This document shows, piece after piece, positions 9,550 to 18,131 of a stretch of 64,000 nt of DNA; within the stretch, counting starts at the first letter, position 1, and each line of letters begins with the position of its first letter. Where the stretch lies: NCBI GenBank assembly GCA_964603935.1, contig CAZRWL010000001.1, positions 2,306 through 66,305 on the forward strand, given 5' to 3'. The DNA comes from an uncultured Gammaproteobacteria bacterium. GTDB lineage: Bacteria; Patescibacteriota; Microgenomatia; Levybacterales; UBA12049. The notes below the pieces were generated by a model. The model had not been told where the DNA came from, made no database searches, and was given only the letters and a program-made list of their open reading frames with translations. The position numbers were made by a program, and so were the translations under genes.

Positions 9550-10477
9550 TACATTGCGATTGCTTAGGCCAAGGCAGTGGATAAAAAATACTGCAATATT
9601 TGCTGCGATAACATTTTCAGGCGATCTTTTCGAATGGGCAATCTTACAAAAAGTGCTATTTGCTTTTTTCGTATTCTGCGCCTTATCTTCCGCAAGCTAC
9701 ATAATCAATGATATTTTCGATGCAAAAAACGATAGGCTTCATCCATTCAAACGGTTTAGACCTATTGCAAGTAAAAACCTGACAACAAATTACGCATTAG
9801 CGTTTGCATTTTTTTTAATATTTATTTCTTTTGTATTGGGTATTATGGTCAATCCGGCATTTTTCATTATTCAAATTATATATTTGCTGACTCAATTCCT
9901 TTATTCCGCCTCCCTTAAATTAATTGCCGTTGTAGATATTCTGGCAATAGCTTTAGGGTACATATTGAGAGTTTATGCCGGAGAATTAGCCGGAGGATTT
10001 CACATATCGGTATGGCTTTTATTGACAACTATTTCCCTTTCGCTTTTTCTGGCAATTGGAAAAAGAAGATCGGAATTAACACTTGTTTCTCAAATTAAAT
10101 CCGTAAACATATCCGATGTGAGAAAAACCCTATCTCATTATTCCGAACGCTTATTGGATGTTTACGCCTCTATTTTCGCAACATCTACATTTGTTTCCTA
10201 TTCGCTTTTTACTTTTCTGGAAAATCCGCGGGGATTCAAACTCGGGCTTAGCATTTTTTTGCCTGATTTTTTGCCGGCCTTTTTCCAAAGAAAGTGGCTC
10301 ATGATAACAATAGTCCCTGTTGTTTACGGACTCATGAAATATCTTCAGGATATCTACGAAAAACACGAAGGTGAAAGCCCGGAAAGAGTATTGTTGTCAG
10401 ACAAGTCCTTGCTTGCATCCGTAATTATCTGGATTGTCTTAGTTATTACCATAATCTACTTAATCGGTCCCAATTAG
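9512..10477 (+). CDS. UbiA-family prenyltransferase resembling decaprenyl-phosphate 5-phosphoribosyltransferase (DPPR synthase)
   Basis: RPRQWIKN N-terminus, NDIFDAKNDRLHPFKRFRPIAS (NDxxDxxxD plus KRFRPIA) as in Rv3806c-type enzymes, 8-9 TM helices. The start may be the ATG at 9530. Confidence 0.65.
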   Translation: MLLKTPMTKIAYNTLRLLRPRQWIKNTAIFAAITFSGDLFEWAILQKVLFAFFVFCALSSASYIINDIFDAKNDRLHPFKRFRPIASKNLTTNYALAFAFFLIFISFVLGIMVNPAFFIIQIIYLLTQFLYSASLKLIAVVDILAIALGYILRVYAGELAGGFHISVWLLLTTISLSLFLAIGKRRSELTLVSQIKSVNISDVRKTLSHYSERLLDVYASIFATSTFVSYSLFTFLENPRGFKLGLSIFLPDFLPAFFQRKWLMITIVPVVYGLMKYLQDIYEKHEGESPERVLLSDKSLLASVIIWIVLVITIIYLIGPN

Positions 10478-10484
10478 TTTTACT

Positions 10485-11351
10485 ATGAAATTAGAACACG
10501 CAGACAAGCTTAAAAAAGTAATCCAATATTTTAATACAAAAGAGTCTAAATGGGGATATGCGCTTCTCCTAAAGGGAACTAAGCATTTTGGATATTACCC
10601 GAAAGGAAAAGAAAAAATTTCTATGTCTCAGGCTCAAGGATTAATGGAAGACAAACTCGCAGAAAAGCTTGGTTTGCCAGCTAACTCTCTCGTGTTGGAT
10701 GCCGGAAGCGGTGAGGGAAATGTGGCAATTAATCTTGCAAAAAAATATGGACTGCGTATTTATGGAGTTGATTTGTTAGATTTTGCCGTAAACAAAGCAA
10801 GTTCTAAATCCAAAGAACTTAACTTACAAAATAAAGTAAAATTTAAACTTGGAGATTATACCAGATTAGACTTTCCCGATGAAACCTTCGACGGTGTCTA
10901 TACAATGGAAACTTTGGTACACGTCCCCGACTACAAGAAAGCTCTTAAGGAATTCTATCGAGTTCTAAAACCAAATGGAAAACTTGTTCTTTTCGAATAC
11001 TCGATGTGTTCCAAGAAAAATCTTACGCCAAAAGAACTAAAAATTGTAGATATTTTAGACATGGTTAATGAAGAATCAGGAATGCATAGCTTGCCTCATT
11101 TTCTTCACAATAAATTTCCTGAAGTACTGAAAAATGCCGGTTTTAATCATGTTACCGTAAGCAATATTACCTCCAATATTATGCCCATGCTAAAAACATT
11201 TTATTTGATTGCATATGCGCCTTACATGCTTATTAAATTCTTAGGGTTGCAACGAAAATTTATCAATGCAACATCTGCAGTTGAAGGCTACAGGAATATA
11301 AAAAAAGGTGATTTTTGGCGTTATAATATAATTTCAGCAGTAAAAAAATAG
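10485..11351 (+). CDS. Class I SAM-dependent methyltransferase
   Basis: VLDAGSGEGNVAINLAKKYGLRIYGVDL SAM-binding motif I. Confidence 0.65.
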   Translation: MKLEHADKLKKVIQYFNTKESKWGYALLLKGTKHFGYYPKGKEKISMSQAQGLMEDKLAEKLGLPANSLVLDAGSGEGNVAINLAKKYGLRIYGVDLLDFAVNKASSKSKELNLQNKVKFKLGDYTRLDFPDETFDGVYTMETLVHVPDYKKALKEFYRVLKPNGKLVLFEYSMCSKKNLTPKELKIVDILDMVNEESGMHSLPHFLHNKFPEVLKNAGFNHVTVSNITSNIMPMLKTFYLIAYAPYMLIKFLGLQRKFINATSAVEGYRNIKKGDFWRYNIISAVKK

Positions 11352-11358
11352 TCGGCCG

Positions 11359-12195
11359 TTACTCTTTAACAGCGTAGGAGGCGCTTACCCATCCCTTTTT
11401 TCCATCATTAAGTTTTATTTCAAGCCAGTCTTCTTCCTCGGAAACTAATTCATAGCTTTCTCCGGGCTTTACCTGGGCTATTTCAGAAGATGTAACAGAA
11501 TTGCCCTCTCTAACTCTTAAAAATCCTGTTGGAGTATTTAGGATTAAAACTCGGGAAACCACAACGGTTGGAGAAAGCAAGGCTTCCGATGATGCCAAAG
11601 GAATGCCGGGTAAATCAGGACTTATACCTAAAAAAATAAAAGAATTAAGCCTAAATCCCAGAGCTGTTTTAATTTTTATAGACTTTTCCTTATAGCCATC
11701 GCGAGTAATCCTAATATCATGATCAGACTCGCTAACTTGTTTCAGAAGTAAAGGCGTTACCCCAACGGGACTACTGTCCAAAAAGACATTTGCCTTGTCA
11801 GGCAGAGAAATTACCAGCAGCTCCACATCTTTTTTATTGCCCAAAGGAGACAGACTGATGATGCTCCCATCGCTTCCTCCGCTATTCGCAAATGTTCTAT
11901 CGATAACTGTCAGTGTCCCTTTATTGATGGTAACTTTGTCTTCAAAAGGTCTGTAGTTCCCATCCATTGGCGCTAATTTAACATCATAATCGCCGATAGA
12001 TAACATGTGATCTAAATCACAAATACAAAGAGGTGTAGTTCCTACTAATTTATTTTCCAAATAAACTTTGCTTTTGGGAACAGAAGTAACCTGAAGCGCT
12101 CCTTTGCCTGTTTTTTTATCCAAGAAAAACAAAATGCCGGAAAAAATAACTATCGCAATCAAAAGCGGCGCTAAAAATAACAAAGCTCTTTTCAT
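11359..12195 (-). CDS. Membrane-anchored PEGA-domain / bacterial SH3 (SH3b) domain protein
   Basis: N-terminal TM helix, two PEGA-like segments (..KVYLENKLVGTTPL.., ..NVFLDSSPVGVTPL..), and a C-terminal SH3_3-like region (VKPGESYELVSEEEDWLEIKLNDGKKGWV). Confidence 0.5.
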   Translation of the reverse strand: MKRALLFLAPLLIAIVIFSGILFFLDKKTGKGALQVTSVPKSKVYLENKLVGTTPLCICDLDHMLSIGDYDVKLAPMDGNYRPFEDKVTINKGTLTVIDRTFANSGGSDGSIISLSPLGNKKDVELLVISLPDKANVFLDSSPVGVTPLLLKQVSESDHDIRITRDGYKEKSIKIKTALGFRLNSFIFLGISPDLPGIPLASSEALLSPTVVVSRVLILNTPTGFLRVREGNSVTSSEIAQVKPGESYELVSEEEDWLEIKLNDGKKGWVSASYAVKE

Positions 12196-12232
12196 AAAAG
12201 TAGAGATAATTATATCATGCTATAATTTATTC

Positions 12233-12568
12233 ATGTTAATAAATTACGGTGATTTTAAGAAAGTGGATATTAGAGTCGGAAAAATTATAAAAGCGGAAGA
12301 TTTTCCGCAAGCTCGAAAACCGGCTTATAAACTAACTATTGATTTTGGAGCGGAAATTGGAATTAAAAAATCCAGTGTTCAAATTGTTGATCTTTATAAA
12401 AAAGAAGAACTGCAAGGCTTATTGATTATGGGAGTTATAAATTTCCCTTCAAAACAAATCGGTCCTTTCATGTCTGAAGTTCTAACAGTCGGAGTTGCAA
12501 ATGAAGAAGGTCAAGTAGTCCTAGTCCGCCCGGATAAAAATGCCAAACTCGGTTCTAAACTTTTCTAG
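12233..12568 (+). CDS. CsaA/Trbp111-type tRNA-binding domain protein
   Basis: FKKVDIRVGKIIKAEDFPQARKPAYKLTIDFG matches the MetRS C-terminal-like tRNA-binding fold. The ORF track's N-terminal extension from 12104 is rejected. An ATG at 12233 is preceded by TATAAT at 12222-12227. Confidence 0.7.
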   Translation: MLINYGDFKKVDIRVGKIIKAEDFPQARKPAYKLTIDFGAEIGIKKSSVQIVDLYKKEELQGLLIMGVINFPSKQIGPFMSEVLTVGVANEEGQVVLVRPDKNAKLGSKLF

Positions 12569-12574
12569 TCTAAT

Positions 12575-12592
12575 AAAAATCCCCTTTCGGGG
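12575..12592 (-). terminator. Putative intrinsic terminator for minus-strand RhuM gene
   Basis: CCCC-tttc-GGGG hairpin at 12581-12592, followed on the minus strand by TTTTTATT. Confidence 0.4.
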
Positions 12593-12640
12593 AATTCTGA
12601 GAACCGAGATCCTGAAATAAATTCAGGATGACATTTTAAT
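12593..12640. repeat. Dispersed ~45-bp repeat family, copy B (intergenic, contains ATCCTGAA-ataa-ATTCAGGAT hairpin)
   Basis: gaattctgagaaccgagatcctgaaataaattcaggatgacatt. The lepA copy looks like this one with the hairpin loop deleted (gaaccgag + ttcaggatgaca). Confidence 0.5.
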
Positions 12641-12664
12641 AAACCAGTAGTCCATTTTTCTCAA

Positions 12665-13219
12665 TCATTTTTTAATTCTTTTCAAAAGTTTTTTAACTTC
12701 TTTATCAAAGTCGGAAATATAATTTTTGTCCTGTACTTTTTTATATTTTTCGTATTCGCCAAGAGCAAGAGTTTCTGCAACTTCGTGGCTTATTTTTCCG
12801 GCATTGGTTAAAATCTCATATTCACTAAACTTCAAAAAAGCATTTAGCTTTTCTGTCCAATCTTTCATCGTCATTGCCTTTCCCCTTGCCGCCTGCATTT
12901 CCGCATAATCCAAATACATATTGCCGATACGATTAAGATGGGCCAATTCTTTTTTGTCCAGATAATTTTTCCCATCTTCGGCAGTATGTGCAAATTTTGC
13001 ACTAACTGAATCTTTATCTAACTCATTCTCAATAAAAATGTTCTTTAGGTGTTTGGTGACAACGCTTCTCTCGACATCAAAAAGTTCCGCTATCCTTTTT
13101 TGCGTCAACCAGATATTTTCCCTAGCATAGAGCACCTCAATATTTACTGCTCCGTCTGGAGATTGATAGAAAGCGATTTGATTATCCGGTATTTTTCTAA
13201 CTGAATATTTCCGATTCAT
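12665..13219 (-). CDS. RhuM-family virulence/mobile-element-associated protein
   Basis: 184 aa. NIEVLYARENIWLTQKRIAELFDVERSVVTKHLKNIF matches the RhuM (PF13310) signature. Confidence 0.6.
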   Translation of the reverse strand: MNRKYSVRKIPDNQIAFYQSPDGAVNIEVLYARENIWLTQKRIAELFDVERSVVTKHLKNIFIENELDKDSVSAKFAHTAEDGKNYLDKKELAHLNRIGNMYLDYAEMQAARGKAMTMKDWTEKLNAFLKFSEYEILTNAGKISHEVAETLALGEYEKYKKVQDKNYISDFDKEVKKLLKRIKK

Positions 13220-13242
13220 TGAAGCTCATTATAACAAAACCA

Positions 13243-13266
13243 CAAAAAAACCGCCTTTCAGCGGTA
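13243..13266 (-). terminator. Intrinsic terminator downstream of groEL
   Basis: Minus strand reads ACCGC-tgaaag-GCGGT followed by TTTTTTT. Confidence 0.7.
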
Positions 13267-13305
13267 CAATTATTTTTAACTTTGCACTTTAAATTTTGAA
13301 CTTAT

Positions 13306-14967
13306 TTAATAGTCCATTCCGCCCATGCCCCCTGGCATCCCGCCCGGCATTGGAGATTCTTTTTTCTCCGGAAGATCGGTAACAAGCGCCTCTGTCGTAA
13401 GGATCATAATTGCCACAGAGATTGCATTTTGAATTGCAGTTCTGACAACTTTCAAAGGATCAATAATTCCTTCTTTGAGCATATCCACAGGCTTGGCAGT
13501 TTCAACCGAATCCAAAGTCATGATGTTAAATCCCTGACCGGAAGCGCTTATTTGCCGAGCCTTAGCAATTAGTTGCCCCGCGTCCACTCCTGCATTTTCC
13601 ATAAGCTTTACGAATGGAGACTCCAAGGCTTTTTTGACAATTTCAAACCCAAACACTTCGTCTCGGGATGAACTTGCTTTTTCCAAATCTTTTATGGTCA
13701 TTCTTCCTGAAATATCCAAAAGCGCAACTGCTCCTCCAGGAACAATTCCCTCCTCCAAAGCTGCTTTTGTTGCTGCTACCGCATCATTAACTCTTTCTTT
13801 TCTGTCTTTCATCTCCACTTCCGTTGCTGCGCCGACATTGATAACCGCAACTCCGCCGGACATCTTGGCCAATCTTTCCTGCAATTTTTCTTTATCAAAA
13901 TCTGAGGTTGAATCGGCAATGGCTGTCCTTATCTGAGCAACTCTGGCGGTAATTTTAACTTTAAGCCCTTTTCCTCCAATAATTCTTGCGTTGTCTTTGT
14001 CTGCCCATACTTTATCTGCGCGTCCGCAATCTTCAATGGTAACCGAGTCAAATTTCCGTCCGGTGTCATCCGAGATAACAGTTCCGCCTGTTAAAATTGC
14101 TATGTCTTCCAGCATTTCTTTTCTTCTGTCTCCAAATCCCGGAGCTTTAATAGCTAAAGCATTAAATGTGCCTCTTAATTTATTCACCACCAAAGTTGCC
14201 AAAGCTTCACCGTCTATCTCATCGGCAATAATTACCAAATTTTTGGAAACTTTGACCAGATTTTCCAGGAAAGGCAGAAGCTCATTAAGAGCGGAGATTT
14301 TTTTGTCGGTGATTAAAATATACGGATCTTCAATTTCCGCTTCCATTTTATCGGAATTTGTTACCAAATAAGCAGAGGCATAACCTTTGTCAAATTCCAT
14401 TCCCTCTTTATATTCGATCTCCGTTGACAATCCTTTTCCTTCTTCAACTGTTACAACTCCGTCTTTCCCAACTTTTTTCAACGCTTCCGCGATAAGATTT
14501 CCCAACTGGGAATCGCCTGCTGAAATTGTCGCAACATTGGCAATATCGGTTTGCTTGATTGCTTTGCCCATTTTCTTAAGTTCGGAAACTACAAACTCAC
14601 TGGCTTTTTCAAGTCCTCTTCTCATAACCATGGGATTTGATCCGGCGGTGATCATTTTTATTCCCTCCGTTACTATTGCGTGGGCTAAAACAGTGGATGT
14701 GGTTGTTCCGTCTCCCGCAACATCTGCAGTTTTTGAAGCTGCTTCTTTGACGAGTTGCGCGCCCATATTTTCAAATGGGTTTTCCAACTCTATTTCTTTT
14801 GCTACAGTTACGCCATCATGAATAACATTTGGCGCTCCCCATTTTTTATCCAATGCGACATTGCGTCCTTTAGGGCCAAGTGTCGTTGCCACAGCTTTGG
14901 CCAGCTGGTCTACGCCTTTTTTGAGTAATTCCCGCGCTTCTGCACTGTATTTAATTTGCTTTGCCAT
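13306..14967 (-). CDS. groL: Chaperonin GroEL (Cpn60)
   Basis: [12 protein letters not shown].. start, [13 protein letters not shown] and the C-terminal [10 protein letters not shown] tail. Confidence 0.95.
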   Translation of the reverse strand: MAKQIKYSAEARELLKKGVDQLAKAVATTLGPKGRNVALDKKWGAPNVIHDGVTVAKEIELENPFENMGAQLVKEAASKTADVAGDGTTTSTVLAHAIVTEGIKMITAGSNPMVMRRGLEKASEFVVSELKKMGKAIKQTDIANVATISAGDSQLGNLIAEALKKVGKDGVVTVEEGKGLSTEIEYKEGMEFDKGYASAYLVTNSDKMEAEIEDPYILITDKKISALNELLPFLENLVKVSKNLVIIADEIDGEALATLVVNKLRGTFNALAIKAPGFGDRRKEMLEDIAILTGGTVISDDTGRKFDSVTIEDCGRADKVWADKDNARIIGGKGLKVKITARVAQIRTAIADSTSDFDKEKLQERLAKMSGGVAVINVGAATEVEMKDRKERVNDAVAATKAALEEGIVPGGAVALLDISGRMTIKDLEKASSSRDEVFGFEIVKKALESPFVKLMENAGVDAGQLIAKARQISASGQGFNIMTLDSVETAKPVDMLKEGIIDPLKVVRTAIQNAISVAIMILTTEALVTDLPEKKESPMPGGMPGGMGGMDY

Positions 14968-14968
14968 A

Positions 14969-15268
14969 TTAATTCAAAATTGCCAATATATCTTCCTGTC
15001 CGACCATTGTCCACTCTTCACCTTCTACTTTAACCTCTGTTCCGCCCCATTTTTTATACATCACTTTTTGTCCGACTTTTACGACGACCGGATGTTTTTC
15101 TCCTTTTGGCCCGATTTTTCCTTCTCCAACGGCCATAATTAAGCCCATTTGCGGTTTTTCTTTTGCGCTGTCGGGAAGAATTATTCCGCTTGCGGTCTTG
15201 GCTTCTGCCTCCAAAGGCTTAATCAAAACATTGTCAAAAAGCGGTTTTATGTTAATTTTCTTTGCCAT
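14969..15268 (-). CDS. groS: Co-chaperonin GroES (Cpn10)
   Basis: [42 protein letters not shown]. The stop is 1 bp from the groEL start. Confidence 0.9.
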   Translation of the reverse strand: MAKKINIKPLFDNVLIKPLEAEAKTASGIILPDSAKEKPQMGLIMAVGEGKIGPKGEKHPVVVKVGQKVMYKKWGGTEVKVEGEEWTMVGQEDILAILN

Positions 15269-15271
15269 AAC

Positions 15272-15298
15272 TTATCACTCGTTAAATACGACTGACAA
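15272..15298. promoter_or_regulatory. Degenerate CIRCE-like inverted repeat between groES promoter and start
   Basis: Plus strand reads TTATCACTC-N9-GACTGACAA, about 14/18 against the CIRCE consensus. It sits between the predicted -10 and the groES ATG, as in classical groESL operons. An hrcA fragment is present in the window. Confidence 0.45.
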
Positions 15299-15327
15299 TT
15301 TATACAACAAAACTAAAATCATGTCAA
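15299..15327 (-). promoter_or_regulatory. Putative sigma70-like promoter for groES-groEL
   Basis: Minus strand reads TTGACA (plus 15322-15327), then a 17-nt spacer, then TATAAA (plus 15299-15304). Confidence 0.45.
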
Positions 15328-15395
15328 TAACCTATAGTTATAACCGTTGTTGACATGCTCTTTATTTCTTTATACGATAATTTATAGGAATTATT

Positions 15396-16301
15396 ATGTC
15401 CATTTTTTCGTCATACAAAAAAATATTTTTATTAGGCTTCATGGTTATGGTTCTGGTAATAACTCCTCTTTTCGTATTTGTAGCTCAGCAAAACCAGCAA
15501 ACAAAAAGCAAAGCATCCGCATCCACCACTCTTGCTTTTGAACCTATATCTTCCGCAGTAAAAGTAGGGGAGATTTTAACTTTAAATGTCATATTGGACC
15601 CGGGAAAAAGCACATCATCTCCAAATTTAGTCTCTTTTGTAAAACTAGTCATTAACTTTGACCCGAGAAAATTTACAGCTGAAAACACATGCCTTACCGA
15701 AAACACTGTTGCCAACACCTTAACTACCAAATTGGAAGGGCCGATATGCGAACCAGGAAAAGCATCTATTTCTTTGTCTATCGGCGCTGATCCTGCCAAG
15801 GTCGTAACAGAAGTAACCAAAATTGCCGTACTTCAGCTTAAAGCTTTATCCCCAACTGAAGGCAATAATCCCAGCAGTATCACATTTGATATTTCCAACA
15901 ATAATACCCAAGTTTTGTCAATTGCATCAACAGACAAAACAAGCGAAAATGTGCTAAATTTATTATCAACCAGCACGCCTGCTTCGATAACCATTAACCC
16001 CGCGCCATCTGCTCCCGGAGCTAGTCCAACTCCAACCCCAACTCCTACTCCAGCTACTGCCCCATCCGCATCCGCTGGAAGCGCTCCTGCTGCTCCTCAA
16101 ACAGGAGATGCCGTTGTTAACGCAGGAACGCCTGAAGCAATTGCTCCGACTGCTGCTCCTGAGATAATTGCTCTAGCTCCGCAGCCCCCACCTACCGAAA
16201 TAGTCCTTCCCCCAACAGGTCCTGAAGAAAACATATTGGGAATTGGGGCAATTGGGATAATACTTACAATTATAGGCAGCGCTTTATTTATGCTCCTTTA
16301 G
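15396..16301 (+). CDS. Cell-surface protein with cohesin-like domain, Pro/Thr/Ala-rich linker and C-terminal LPXTG-type anchor (LPPTG + TM)
   Basis: N-terminal signal anchor, a cohesin-like beta domain, PTPTPTP linker, then ..IVLPPTGPEENILGIGAIGIILTIIGSALFMLL at the C-terminus. Confidence 0.55.
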   Translation: MSIFSSYKKIFLLGFMVMVLVITPLFVFVAQQNQQTKSKASASTTLAFEPISSAVKVGEILTLNVILDPGKSTSSPNLVSFVKLVINFDPRKFTAENTCLTENTVANTLTTKLEGPICEPGKASISLSIGADPAKVVTEVTKIAVLQLKALSPTEGNNPSSITFDISNNNTQVLSIASTDKTSENVLNLLSTSTPASITINPAPSAPGASPTPTPTPTPATAPSASAGSAPAAPQTGDAVVNAGTPEAIAPTAAPEIIALAPQPPPTEIVLPPTGPEENILGIGAIGIILTIIGSALFMLL

Positions 16302-18109
16302 TTGTTTTCTTCAATCATCGAAAGAAGAGCTTCTTGGGGAATAGAAATTTTTGCCTGCTCGATCATTCGCGATTTTCCTTTTTTCTGGGCTTCTAATAAT
16401 TTATCCTTTCTTCTTCTGTCCCCGCCTGACATTTTCGCCAAAACATCTTTCCTGAAAGGAGGTATTTCTTCCCGAGTAACAATCTCTCCGTTCATAACCC
16501 CTTGAATAATTTGTCTGAATTGCTGTCTAGGCAAAGAGTTTTTAAGTCTTTCAGCTTTCTTCCTCACCGCACTAACTGCCTCGTCTTTGTATGCAAGCTC
16601 AGACAAGACATCTATTGCAATATCATTCACTTTTATTTCTACCTTTGCCAAATCTGCTTCTTTATATGATGTAACTTCATAATCTAGGCTTGCAAATCCT
16701 TCCGACGCGGATTTCAGATCTGAAGAAATTCCTCTAATAAACATGCTGAATGGCATATCATAAGATAATACCGCATAGGACTCATGGTAATTTAAGTCCA
16801 AAAGATTGCCCTTTCTGGTCTGGCAAATATTCATTACCGGACCGACATACTCTTTTGGCGTATAAACTACAAGCTTCATGTATGGTTCAAGCATTATTCC
16901 GTCAGGTGTTTTTTCGTATAAGACTTGGGGCATTGTCAGCAATATTTCAAGATTAAATTCCTGTTTTATTCTTTCTTTAACAATCTGCGCATGCAAAAGC
17001 CCCAGAAAGCCTATTCTAAATCCGCTTCCCAAATATGACGAGTACTCCTCAGTGTAGGTTAAAGCCGTATCGTTCAAAGTTAATTTTGCTAAAGATTCTC
17101 TTAAGTAAACAAAATCATTCGTATCCTTAGGATATGCTCCAAAGAACACCATAGGTTTTGGAATCTTATATCCCGCCAACGCTTCAACTTTTCCATCTTC
17201 CATCTTCCATCTTCCATCTTCAGCCGTTACTGTGTCTCCAACGCGCACTTTTCTAATATCTTTTATTCCTGTAATAACATAGCCGATTTCGCCTGTTGAT
17301 AAGCTTCCCGAAGATATCAAGTGAGGAGAAAAATAACCTAAATCAGTTACTTCTGTTTGAATATTATTCTGATAGAGCTTGAGACTGTCTCCTTTATTCA
17401 AATGTCCGTCAACAATCCTGACGTACGCGACTACTCCGCGGAATTCGTCATAGACCGCATCGAAAATCAAACCGCGAAGAGGCTTATCTTTTTCTCCAAT
17501 TGGGGGCGGCAGTTTTTTTACAATCGTATCTAATAATAAATCCACATTTTTGCCGGTTTTGGCCGAAATATATATTATTTCCTCTTTTTTAAACCCAAAG
17601 GTCTCTATTAATTCTTGAGCTGTCATTTCTGTCCGGGCGCTTTCCAAATCTATTTTATTAACAACAGGAATCATTATCAAATTCTGTTTTTGAGCTTCTC
17701 TAAAATGAGCAACAGTCTGCGCCTGAATGCCTTGTGTCGCATCAACCAATAAAATAGCTCCCTCGCAAGCAGCCAGAGTTCGGGAAACTTCGTAGGAAAA
17801 ATCAACATGCCCGGGAGTATCTATCAAGTTCAAAATGCATTCCTCACTCATATTGTCATTCTGACGAATGTCAGAATCTAGATACTGAACCGAGTTCAGG
17901 ATGACACGCGACTTATACCTCATTCTTACCGGCGCTAATTTGATTGTAATTCCCCGCTTACGGCTGATTGGATTCTGGTCCAGAAATTGCTCCTGCATCT
18001 TATCTTTTTTGACAGTACCTGTTATTTCCAAAAACCTATCCGCAAGAGTAGATTTCCCGTGATCCACATGGGCAATAATCGCAAAATTCCTGATCTGTTT
18101 CTGCTCCAT
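16298..18109 (-). CDS. lepA: Translation elongation factor 4 (LepA) with ~19-aa in-frame insertion in G domain
   Basis: NFAIIAHVDHGKSTL, IDTPGHVDFSYEV and the LepA C-terminal domain are all present. An extra segment SRVILNSVQYLDSDIRQNDNMSEEC lies between G1 and G2, relative to E. coli LepA. Confidence 0.9.
   Translation of the reverse strand: MEQKQIRNFAIIAHVDHGKSTLADRFLEITGTVKKDKMQEQFLDQNPISRKRGITIKLAPVRMRYKSRVILNSVQYLDSDIRQNDNMSEECILNLIDTPGHVDFSYEVSRTLAACEGAILLVDATQGIQAQTVAHFREAQKQNLIMIPVVNKIDLESARTEMTAQELIETFGFKKEEIIYISAKTGKNVDLLLDTIVKKLPPPIGEKDKPLRGLIFDAVYDEFRGVVAYVRIVDGHLNKGDSLKLYQNNIQTEVTDLGYFSPHLISSGSLSTGEIGYVITGIKDIRKVRVGDTVTAEDGRWKMEDGKVEALAGYKIPKPMVFFGAYPKDTNDFVYLRESLAKLTLNDTALTYTEEYSSYLGSGFRIGFLGLLHAQIVKERIKQEFNLEILLTMPQVLYEKTPDGIMLEPYMKLVVYTPKEYVGPVMNICQTRKGNLLDLNYHESYAVLSYDMPFSMFIRGISSDLKSASEGFASLDYEVTSYKEADLAKVEIKVNDIAIDVLSELAYKDEAVSAVRKKAERLKNSLPRQQFRQIIQGVMNGEIVTREEIPPFRKDVLAKMSGGDRRRKDKLLEAQKKGKSRMIEQAKISIPQEALLSMIEENN
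17855..17913. repeat. Dispersed ~45-bp repeat family, copy C, inserted in-frame within lepA; two adjacent perfect hairpins
   Basis: ATTCTGAC-gaat-GTCAGAAT (17858-17877) and CTGAAC-cga-GTTCAG (17885-17899), then ttcaggatgaca shared with 12628-12639. Confidence 0.5.
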
Positions 18110-18131
18110 AAGACACGTATTATACTCTATT

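Noticed and set aside
12104-12232. N-terminal extension of ORF 12104-12568
   Set aside because: It overlaps the start of the minus-strand gene 11359-12195. The CsaA-like domain begins at the ATG at 12233, which is preceded by a TATAAT box.
13634-14821. Antisense ORFs within groEL (13634-13936, 13991-14371, 14387-14821)
   Set aside because: They are antisense to a highly conserved gene. Their Ser/Ala/Pro-rich composition is typical of spurious frames.
15396-16301. Sortase expected near the LPPTG proteins
   Set aside because: No ORF in the window shows the sortase TLxTC catalytic motif. Its absence is noted rather than a feature called.
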